A stretch of 63,207 nt of DNA, filler included, from Stramenopiles sp. TOSAG23-3 (taxonomy: Eukaryota): the NCBI GenBank assembly GCA_900128585.1. It is 5 parts of 5 records of this genome, joined end to end, with 100 filler letters (N's around TTAATTAATTAA, not from the genome) between each part and the next. Parts side by side here need not be neighbours in the genome. Positions count along the whole stretch, not along the records: positions 19,763 to 39,404 come from LT642396.1; positions 39,505 to 59,054 come from LT642397.1; 3 more parts are not named here. One strand, given 5' to 3'. Under the pieces are notes generated by a model. It had not been told where the DNA came from, did no database searches, and saw nothing but the letters and a program-made list of their open reading frames with translations. Made by a program: the position numbers and the translations under genes. Within the stretch, counting starts at the first letter, position 1; every line of letters begins with the position of its first letter. Positions 31,005 through 39,633 of the stretch are shown one piece after another.

Positions 31005-31792
31005 CGCTCCAACCTAGTAACATACAGTTTTGCAATAGATGATTTTCCTTGAACGAAAGAAATATAATTAATTCCATTCACATTTCCCTTTCGAGCATGT
31101 TCATACCCACCAAACTCGAATTTTCTCTCTCTCTCTTCTAGTTCAATTATATTAGCTTCATCATATATCATTCTTCGGGTCATCATCATCATCAAACATT
31201 TATTATATAATAATACCAGTACCTTACCGGTAGTACGTACACAACAGCAGCAGCAATAATAAATAATACAAAAACAAACAAACAAAAATCAATAATTTGG
31301 ATTTGAAGAAGTAAGTGGTAAGTGCTAAGCTTATTTAGTGTCTCGTGTGTGTGTAGGTGTTTGTCACTCTCTCTTCTTTATTTCTTTCTTCTTTCTTATT
31401 AATATAGAAATTTGATGATGATGATTATAGTCACAGTACCGCCGGTTGTTTGTTCTATTATTATTTTTAAAAATTTTATCAGAGAGAAGAAGAGAAGAAT
31501 GCATTCAGCACGATTATTCTTGCTTCTTAGTAGTAATTCCTCCCCTTATTATTACTATGGTATTCTTCTTCTTCTTTCCTCCGCCGTCCGTGCATTTAAA
31601 AAAAATAATAATTTAATCTCTACTATACTAATATTCTTTTAATCTCCGTGTGTATGTGTGTTTGAAAAGAATGAGATCACAAGGAAGGATTTTATATTTA
31701 TCGTAGAATCAGTGGACAAGAAAGTGTTGTGAAACGATCGATGGAACGGACAGTTGGTTCTATCGTTTTACCCCAGAAAGAAAACAGCGAGC

Positions 31793-33043
31793 ATGGAAGA
31801 AGAAGACGATGGGAGAAGTATTGTGAAAGAAGCGTCGCTTCCGCGGCTAGTGCAGCGTGATAGCCACCGTGTGCTGAAGAAAAATAAAAATAATAAAAAG
31901 TTGATTCAGGCAATTTTATTATGGGTTCTCCTAATTGTATTAGGTGGACTGGTGTTTCATGTGTGTGAGTTCGAGGGTCGCGAAGAGGAAGTGCGGCAAC
32001 AGGAGCTTCACTTCGAGTTGGTGAAAGAGTTCTTTCAGCACAACGACACAGTCTTGGCATTTCTGAACGAGCATTACACAGTGTTTGATGATAGCACGTA
32101 CGCCCACAACTGGGGTTACTCCGACAGCATTTTCTTTGCATTTACTCTGTTTACAACGATTGGTTACGGCAACACTAGCCCGCATACATGGTGGGGTCAG
32201 TTTTTCGTCATCGTTTTCAGCGTCGCCAGCATTCCTGTTGCCGGTGCGGTGATCATGTTTTCGTCCGGCCGAGCGTTACACCTCTTGCGAGTCGCGTACA
32301 CATTCGTGAAAAACAAGTTAAAGTCTTACGATGCCGAGAAACACAACATTGAGAAAGCGTTCCAGCAGTTGAATGATAATAATACTGGCACCCTTGATAT
32401 AAGAGAGTTTCTGGATGCTATGAAATTGTTAGAGATACCATACGACGTTGATGCCGTAAGGGAATACTTTGGAACCAAGAAATGTGTTAACCTCGAGTCT
32501 TTCTCAGGTCTGGTGAGAGAGTTGGACCTGGACATCATCGACGTGGCAACGCGTTCTGCACAGTTAAAGATTGCAGTTGCAGGTTTAAGTGTCTTATTTG
32601 CGATGTTAGTGTTTTTATTGCACTCAATAGAGGGCTGGACTTTCTGGAAATCCTTTTACTTTTCATTCGTGACGTTGACGACGGTGGGATTAGGAGATGT
32701 AGTCCCCCAATCTATCCCAGGGCAGCTGATTACTATGGCCTTCGCCATGCTCGGCCTTGGACTTCTTTCCATTATTCTTGGATTGCTTGGGTCTGAGTTT
32801 CACAAACGTTCTAAAATGATGCGCAGGAGAGCGGAAAGGGCGCGTGGGGCGGTGAAAGAGAAATTGGTTGCATCAAAGAAAAAATTCGATAAGCGAAGGG
32901 AAAGTGTGTCTTGGGGGTGGACGACGAACAAAAGCGACGACAGCGAGAAGCTAACACGAGACGCAGGTGCGTTGGAGTTGAGCCAGATAAAAAATTCGTG
33001 GGTGCAAACGCCCGCAAAAAATCGTTCTTTCACGGTGGCATAG
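31793..33043 (+). CDS. Two-pore-domain (K2P/TPK-type) potassium channel with EF-hand-like insert
   Basis: Four TM helices; P1 FTTIGYGNTSP, P2 LTTVGLGDVVP; EF-hand-like AFQQLNDNNTGTLDIREF between M2 and M3. ATG at 31793. Confidence 0.88.
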   Translation: MEEEDDGRSIVKEASLPRLVQRDSHRVLKKNKNNKKLIQAILLWVLLIVLGGLVFHVCEFEGREEEVRQQELHFELVKEFFQHNDTVLAFLNEHYTVFDDSTYAHNWGYSDSIFFAFTLFTTIGYGNTSPHTWWGQFFVIVFSVASIPVAGAVIMFSSGRALHLLRVAYTFVKNKLKSYDAEKHNIEKAFQQLNDNNTGTLDIREFLDAMKLLEIPYDVDAVREYFGTKKCVNLESFSGLVRELDLDIIDVATRSAQLKIAVAGLSVLFAMLVFLLHSIEGWTFWKSFYFSFVTLTTVGLGDVVPQSIPGQLITMAFAMLGLGLLSIILGLLGSEFHKRSKMMRRRAERARGAVKEKLVASKKKFDKRRESVSWGWTTNKSDDSEKLTRDAGALELSQIKNSWVQTPAKNRSFTVA

Positions 33044-33928
33044 ACATTGAACCCCCCGTGTTTTTAGTAGCAAAGTTAAAGCGTGAGTTCATTTTAAAGT
33101 GATAAGTGGAATTATTATACAGAAGTAATCACGTAACATCACTACTACAACGACAAAGAAGTTGCTTTTTTCTCGACACACGTGTTTCGTAAATTGTTGA
33201 GTTCTTCATTATTTTTATGTTCGTAGTGCGATGCCCTATGTAATGTTCTTAGCAGGCTTACATCATTGTTTTCGTGGATTTTAAGCGGCAAAATTTCATG
33301 TTACGTGACTTGTACTTATATCTTTTCAAATACGTAGAAGTATTCTGAATTTCCTATCAATGTATGATTTCAGGTTCAGAAATGGCTAGTGTGGCGTAAC
33401 ACCGAAACCATATTTGATGCTGTATAATGTTATGAGTTTGGTAATTCGCCATTATCTGCAATCACGTAACGTACATTATGTTACGTAATACTTAGTACCA
33501 ACATTAATATTCTAAATATGGCCAAATCCGCCATCAAATGTTACGTAAATATTACAGGCACATACAATCAGAAAAATGCCAGAAAAACGCAATAATGATT
33601 ATATTTCGAAAATTCCTATGTAAACCAAACCAAACCGGCTTGGCGGCTATTTTGATATTATTTGGGTGATTCTGGCCCATTGACTCATTTTGAAGGAAAG
33701 GACCCAAATTAAATTGTTTTAATTTAAAAAAAGGTGTAGTAAGTCAATCGTCAATCGTCAATAAACGAAAAGCTGTAGAAATGTAAATTTAGTATCAGAT
33801 ATATATATACAATATAGGACTATAGGAATAATAATTTATATTTCAATCAATCAATCAAACTGACTGACTTTAGTATGTCTCTTTCGTTTTCTTAAAAATT
33901 AGATATTTCTTAGTGACGATCGTTTAAC

Positions 33929-33968
33929 CGTTCGCTCGTTCGCTCGTTCGCTCGTTCGCTCGTTCGTT
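33929..33968. repeat. (CGTTCGCT)n short tandem repeat
   Basis: Direct reading, about five units. Confidence 0.85.
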
Positions 33969-34662
33969 ATTATAGAGAACCATAACTAACTATATTCACC
34001 ATTTTTAAAGTGTTGTAGTTGAATGTTATTTTCATATTAATTAAGTAACTGGCTATGCGCTGATGAAAAATGGACCATTTAATTAATCCAACCATATTCC
34101 ATGTTGTACAATGTATATTATTAAATAGTTTAAACGCAAAACGGCAAAACGATATTCCTATAAATCAAAACGAATGTAATATAAAGATACAATACAAAAT
34201 AAATCTATTCTTGTGTGTTAAAATACGTTGGATTATATAAGTATATTACATATATAGATAGATGGACATGATTGTTGTTTTTTTTAACGATGAAGAAGGA
34301 GCTGTTGTTCCAAACCGACATTTTCTATTTCTTGATGCTATTTATATGTTCAAAGAGACAATGTTAGAGAGGTGGCATTTAGATTATTTTTTTATGAAGT
34401 CTTCAACGATTAAAAGTATGTCACTTATCGGATGGAAGAAAAGGAAAGTGTGAAAAGGAGAGAAAGGGATACAAGAAGGGGGATGAAAAGAAAAAACGAG
34501 AGAAGAAAACTGTGATTAGTCTCTTTTGTGCGTGTGTGTTTGTTTGTTTGTTTGTGTCAAATGCAAATCAATCCAGAGCCATTTCCAAGTAAGAAACAAG
34601 CAAAGACAGACGCAACCCGGCCTTCTGCACGGTCATTCGACGGGAAACAAGGAAACAAAAAC

Positions 34663-37437
34663 ATGAGCAATGTGGTAACCCCAGAAATGGCCGACAGGGC
34701 TGAAAACGGAGAAATGGGACAGAAGGGGGCGGTCCTGGTCAAGGAGAACCTTTCCTGGACCGACCGAGTCCTAGGCCACAAGTACTTTACGTTTACAATG
34801 TCGGCGTGGACGACGTGGGCCCTCTTTGGGGACGACCTCCGGATGCTCCTAACGGACAGGACGGCTGACAACTTTTTCTACGTAATGGCAATTATCGCGC
34901 TGCTGCTGTTCGTATTCGAGCTTGCCCTTAACTTTTACTCCAGAAAGAGCTGGCGCTTCGGGTTTTACTTCTGGCTGGACTTCTTGGCCACCCTCTCCCT
35001 GATCCCGGACATCGGGTGGATCTGGGACCCAATGTCCGCCGCCCTGCTTGGGGGGGACGACGAGGCGCAGAAAGCCGCCAACGCCGGAAAGCCGGCCCGG
35101 GCTGGCACGAAGACCGGCCGCGTCGTGCGAATCGTACGGTTGGTTCGTATGGTCCGAATGGTCAAGCTCTACAAAATGAACGGTGGGGACGACGACGACA
35201 TGAGGGTGCAGCGAATGCAGAAGCAGGCCCCTAGCAAGGTCGGGAGCGTGCTCTCTGAGAAAATCACCCGGAAGACCATCATCCTCGTCCTCTTCATGAT
35301 CCTCGCCATGCCCATCATTGACGGGTTTGGGGACACCTACAACATGTTCCAAGACTACGGCCTGCAGGGCCTCCACAGTGCTGCGGCCGACTTCAACTGC
35401 AACAACCGGCTCAACAGTGCCGGGCCATTCAAAATCGACCAGAATAGGTTCTTCAGGCCCATGCTTGAGAACTACGCCCGGGAGGCTGGGCGCTTGATGT
35501 ACTTGGAGGTCCATGGCATCGACAGGAACAGGACGGACGAGTGGTTGCCCATCATCAAGTGGGAATCCAAAGAACAGTACGACGCCACCTCGAAGGCCGC
35601 AACGGATGGGAAAGGCCAGGTCGAAATCAAGAACAACGAGCTCCGGGCATGGAGGACGTCCTGGGGGGAGGCGGAGTACGCGTTTGACATCCGAAAACTG
35701 GAGAAGATCGACACCCACTGGCGCCCGAGCGAACTCGGAAAGATCACCGTCAGCGGGTGCTACAACAGCTTCTTTGCGTCGAACTGCACCGACGAATCCA
35801 AATTCATGGTCGCCGACTCGAGCGAAAAAGGAAAGTGCACAAGTTTGGCCATTTTCAACATGAAACCGGAGGCCCAGGTTGCCGCGGGGATGAACATTTT
35901 GAAGACCCTCTTTGTCATGGGACTTTTGGTGTACGGGGCGCTGGCCTTCTCCAAGGACGCCCAGAAGTTGGTCATTGGGCCGATCGAGCGAATGCTTGAC
36001 ACGGTCCAGCTGTTGGCCGAAAACCCCCTTGCAAACACGGCGGACGCCGGGTTCGACCCCGACGAAGGGGACACAGCAAACCAGCAAAAGCAAGGGTACG
36101 AGACGGCCCTGCTGGAGCGGACCCTGAAGAAGGTCAGCAGCCTCATGCAAGTCGGTTTCGGGGCCGCCGGCGCGGAGATCATCGGGGGAAACATGCAGTC
36201 AAGCGACGGGGGCGTGGACGCCATGGTCGACGGTGTCATGATCACCGCCGTGTACGGCTTCTGCGACATTCGAAAGTTCACAGACACGACCGAGTGCCTT
36301 CAGGAAGAGGTCATGACGTACGTCAACAAGCTCGGCGACCTGGTGCACGGAAGCACGCACGCGTACTACGGAATGGCCAACAAGAACGTCGGGGACGCAT
36401 TTTTGCTGTCCTGGAAAATCTGCGACGGGCTGCTCCCTGGGTTCAACAACTTCAAGGACACCCAGCACGGCCCAGGGTTTTACGACTTCGACGAACACCA
36501 GCGCCTCCGCGCCCAGAAGAAGTGGGAGCGGGCCCTTGAGCAAGAGGAGGACTGGAACTACCGATTGAAAAAAATGTACCAAAACGATGCCCCGGAAGAA
36601 GACATCAAAAAGCTCCAGGCGGAGATGACCGCCCTTCCCCCGGAAGGTGAGATTAAACTTGCGCGCCCCAGCGCGGGCAAAGGAAAGAAGCTGCGCCACG
36701 TGAGCCCGACCGAGATGGCCGACAGCGCCTTCACGGCGTTCTTGAAAGCGTGCGTAGACTTGTACAACGCGAACGCCGACGGCAATTTAAGCATGTACTT
36801 GAAGTACCCGCGCGTAGTGCAACGGTTTGGGACGAAGTTCACGATTAAGATGGGATTTGGCATGCACGTGGGATGGTGCGTGCAAGGCGCGATAGGATCG
36901 AGTTACAAAATTGACTGCACGTATTTGTCGCCCCACTGTGAGATGGCCGACAGGCTGGAAGCTGGTTCGAAGATCTTTGAGACGCCAATAAACCTGAGCC
37001 ACTGGATGGTGGCGCTGATGTCCCCGACCATCAAGAAGCACTTGCGCGCGATAGACAGAATCAAAGTGTCCGGGGTACCAGTACCAATGACGGTGTACAC
37101 GTTCGACATTTACAATTATGTCAAAGGCGTGTTTACGCCAAGAGTTAGGGGGGGCCGACAGGCTTCGTGTGACTTTTTCGACGACAATCAATATGCTGAG
37201 CTGCAGCTTGGTATGGACCCAATGTTCTTGCCAAAGTTTCGCGAAGGTTACCAATATTACATACAAGGTTTGTGGGACAAGGCTCGGGATGTGTTTTTAG
37301 AAGTCTTAAAAATGCCAAGTGCCAATCAATACTTACGGCCAGACGGCCCCACCACCCAGCTAATGCAATACATGAGCGAACATGAATTTGTTGCCGGGAA
37401 ACAATGGAAGGGGGTGCATGAATTGGCGGGCTATTAA
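34663..37437 (+). CDS. Ion-channel/voltage-sensor-type class III adenylyl cyclase (ciliate/apicomplexan AC-alpha-like)
   Basis: S1-S4 with RVVRIVRLVRMVRMVKLYK; FCDIRKFTDTTE, NKNVGDAFLL, KMGFGMHVGW..GAIGSSYKID; C-terminal TPR-like helix. Start could instead be ATG 34561. Confidence 0.9.
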   Translation: MSNVVTPEMADRAENGEMGQKGAVLVKENLSWTDRVLGHKYFTFTMSAWTTWALFGDDLRMLLTDRTADNFFYVMAIIALLLFVFELALNFYSRKSWRFGFYFWLDFLATLSLIPDIGWIWDPMSAALLGGDDEAQKAANAGKPARAGTKTGRVVRIVRLVRMVRMVKLYKMNGGDDDDMRVQRMQKQAPSKVGSVLSEKITRKTIILVLFMILAMPIIDGFGDTYNMFQDYGLQGLHSAAADFNCNNRLNSAGPFKIDQNRFFRPMLENYAREAGRLMYLEVHGIDRNRTDEWLPIIKWESKEQYDATSKAATDGKGQVEIKNNELRAWRTSWGEAEYAFDIRKLEKIDTHWRPSELGKITVSGCYNSFFASNCTDESKFMVADSSEKGKCTSLAIFNMKPEAQVAAGMNILKTLFVMGLLVYGALAFSKDAQKLVIGPIERMLDTVQLLAENPLANTADAGFDPDEGDTANQQKQGYETALLERTLKKVSSLMQVGFGAAGAEIIGGNMQSSDGGVDAMVDGVMITAVYGFCDIRKFTDTTECLQEEVMTYVNKLGDLVHGSTHAYYGMANKNVGDAFLLSWKICDGLLPGFNNFKDTQHGPGFYDFDEHQRLRAQKKWERALEQEEDWNYRLKKMYQNDAPEEDIKKLQAEMTALPPEGEIKLARPSAGKGKKLRHVSPTEMADSAFTAFLKACVDLYNANADGNLSMYLKYPRVVQRFGTKFTIKMGFGMHVGWCVQGAIGSSYKIDCTYLSPHCEMADRLEAGSKIFETPINLSHWMVALMSPTIKKHLRAIDRIKVSGVPVPMTVYTFDIYNYVKGVFTPRVRGGRQASCDFFDDNQYAELQLGMDPMFLPKFREGYQYYIQGLWDKARDVFLEVLKMPSANQYLRPDGPTTQLMQYMSEHEFVAGKQWKGVHELAGY

Positions 37438-37467
37438 GGATGAGAAGGAGAGATTTAATTTGATTCA

Positions 37468-37487
37468 ACAAGAAAATTGGCTGTTAT
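37468..37487 (+). repeat. Dispersed 20-nt element copy B, 30 nt after the cyclase stop
   Basis: ACAAGAAAATTGGCTGTTAT exact. Confidence 0.85.
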
Positions 37488-37929
37488 GATATGATTAAAA
37501 TGAAGAGACTTAAATAGTGCCAAAAAAATGTTTTAACACGAGTAGTTTAATGTAACACCCACAAACCACAAATGTTAGAAACAAAATATGCAATAATATA
37601 ATGTATCATACGTTAACCTTGGCAAATTTAATGTGTGTGTGCAGATTCATTTCCGCGGTATCATATGATATCATATGATACATGCTATTGCTGATCCTCC
37701 CCAAGTTCTTGTCAAGATTCCAATTGGCAAGGAAACAGCGGTTAATTGTAAAACAAATTAATTGTTAAAAAGTTATATTGAAAACGATTATATTTATTTA
37801 TCTTTTTCATTTTACAAAACGATAACGGTGTCGCAAAGAGACTAAATGGAGCGTTGACACACTTTAATTAAACCCACGGGCGTCCCGATCGATTTAAAAA
37901 AAACAAGGCGAGAGAAACAATTACTTTAA

Positions 37930-37949
37930 ATAACAGCCAATTTTCTTCT
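37930..37949 (-). repeat. Dispersed 20-nt element copy C, 86 nt after the JHY-like stop
   Basis: Minus strand AGAAGAAAATTGGCTGTTAT (19/20). Confidence 0.85.
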
Positions 37950-38035
37950 TTTAAAAAAAAAAACAAGGCGAGAGAAACCGTTCGCCTGCCTCTCCCCCAG
38001 CGCGCCGGCATCATCCTTGGCTGGCGTGACAACGA

Positions 38036-39229
38036 TCAAAACCCGTACTCCCGTCGAATCGCATCTACGTTGTACCTTGAACTTTGGTGTTCCATTTCTA
38101 GCTGGTCCAGCTGGCTCATTTCCCCGTGCCGCCTTTCCCACGTCTCTTGGTCTGGTTCGTCCATGAAATCGTCCCCATCGCCATAGACGCCCCCGCCGTT
38201 GCCGTACGAGTCATTGCCGTATTCATTTATGTTTTCCTTCCGTCCTAATCTAGAGATGCCCGAGTTCTGTTTGAAGCCCTGCGGCTTTGGTATGTTTTGT
38301 GCGTACATCCTCGCCTTCTCTCTGACCGAGAGCTTCTTCTCGTTTCCCTTCTTCGACTTCCTCTTCGACGCAGTTATCATCTTTTGGTTTATTGCGCGAA
38401 GGTTCAGTGAAAAATCCTTGACTCTCTGCTTGTTCGCCCGCTTCTTTATCAAGTGCTCTGAGTTCAAATCGGCCGGAAGCTTTCCGAGTTCTACGTACTC
38501 TTGGGAGTGGATCCGTTTGTACTCTGAGAGGGTCTTGGGTCGGTAATTCACGGACCTGCTTTGGCGGCTAAAGTACAGCCCCCCATTCGGAGAATTCTGC
38601 GCAAGCTCTTCGTTTCTATTTTCCCTTCGTTGGTACCCATTGTACGTCTCTGGGCGGCGCTGCGGCTGCTGGCGCTGCGGAGGGTGGCCCATGCCGCGGG
38701 GGCGGCGGGCCCCGGCACTGGCCATGGGCCTCCCTGCCCTGGGCGACTTTCCATTCCTTCTTCTCCCTTCGCGCGGCAGGCTGCCCCCTTTTCCACCGCT
38801 GTAGTCGAACTGAGAGTTCGATGGGCCGCTGTTGTACGGGATGGATTCCCCGCCCCCTCCCTGGTGCACCATTTGCGGGCCGCCGTAAGCGTTTTGCATG
38901 GGCGCGTTCCCCCCGCCGTTGTTGTAGTCAAACATCATGTGGCCCGGCTGCAGCGCCGCCTGGTGAAGGTCGTTCAGTCCTGGCCGCCCCCCCATCTGGG
39001 GTGGCATTTGCATCTGCATGCCGCCGCCGTAGGCCTGCTGCTGGTTGACTTGGTGCTGCGGCGGTTGTCGTTGCTGTTTCTGCTCCCTCCTATTCCCGTT
39101 CCCTTGTCGCTGTCTACTGACCACCCTTCCGTCCGAGACACGTTTGTGCTCACCGCTGGGCGTGGTGGTGGTCACCTTTCCCTTAAATCGAGCAATGAAG
39201 TTGCTCTGCGGCTGTCCCCTCCTCGGCAT
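38036..39229 (-). CDS. JHY-like (ciliary) protein with Q/G/N-rich disordered N-terminus
   Basis: C-terminal YRPKTLSEYK..LGKLPADL..SVREKARMYAQNIPKP..LEMEHQSSRYNVDAIRRE resembles the conserved JHY C-terminal region. Confidence 0.6.
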   Translation of the reverse strand: MPRRGQPQSNFIARFKGKVTTTTPSGEHKRVSDGRVVSRQRQGNGNRREQKQQRQPPQHQVNQQQAYGGGMQMQMPPQMGGRPGLNDLHQAALQPGHMMFDYNNGGGNAPMQNAYGGPQMVHQGGGGESIPYNSGPSNSQFDYSGGKGGSLPREGRRRNGKSPRAGRPMASAGARRPRGMGHPPQRQQPQRRPETYNGYQRRENRNEELAQNSPNGGLYFSRQSRSVNYRPKTLSEYKRIHSQEYVELGKLPADLNSEHLIKKRANKQRVKDFSLNLRAINQKMITASKRKSKKGNEKKLSVREKARMYAQNIPKPQGFKQNSGISRLGRKENINEYGNDSYGNGGGVYGDGDDFMDEPDQETWERRHGEMSQLDQLEMEHQSSRYNVDAIRREYGF

Positions 39230-39404
39230 ATTTGTTGCGTATGTATGTGTATAGCTGCTATAATTTAATTACTGTCCAGGTTCTACCGACCGTGTCAACG
39301 CCAATAAAAGTTAGAATGACTGGTCAGGGTGGGAGGGATAGCTGGTGGAACCACACGCTCGTTCGTTTCTTTGTTCGATAAGTACGTATGAACAATCCCT
39401 AACG

Positions 39405-39504
39405 NNNNNNNNNNNNNNNNNNNNNNNNNNNNNNNNNNNNNNNNNNNNTTAATTAATTAANNNNNNNNNNNNNNNNNNNNNNNNNNNNNNNNNNNNNNNN
39501 NNNN
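39405..39504. other. Artificial contig linker
   Basis: N44-TTAATTAATTAA-N44. Confidence 0.95.
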
Positions 39505-39633
39505 GTGGTGAGTGGTGTATTAAAAAAAATATATTATAAAATAACTACTACTTCTACTACTAAAAGAGTACAGTATAATATTAAATAGTATGTAAAAAAT
39601 ATTATAATAAGATGATGATGATGGTCTTTTTTC

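Noticed and set aside
34849-36150. Long antisense ORFs over GC-rich genes (e.g. 433 aa here, also 15203..16147 and 47456..48433)
   Set aside because: Shadow ORFs expected from high GC3 codon usage; no recognisable domains.
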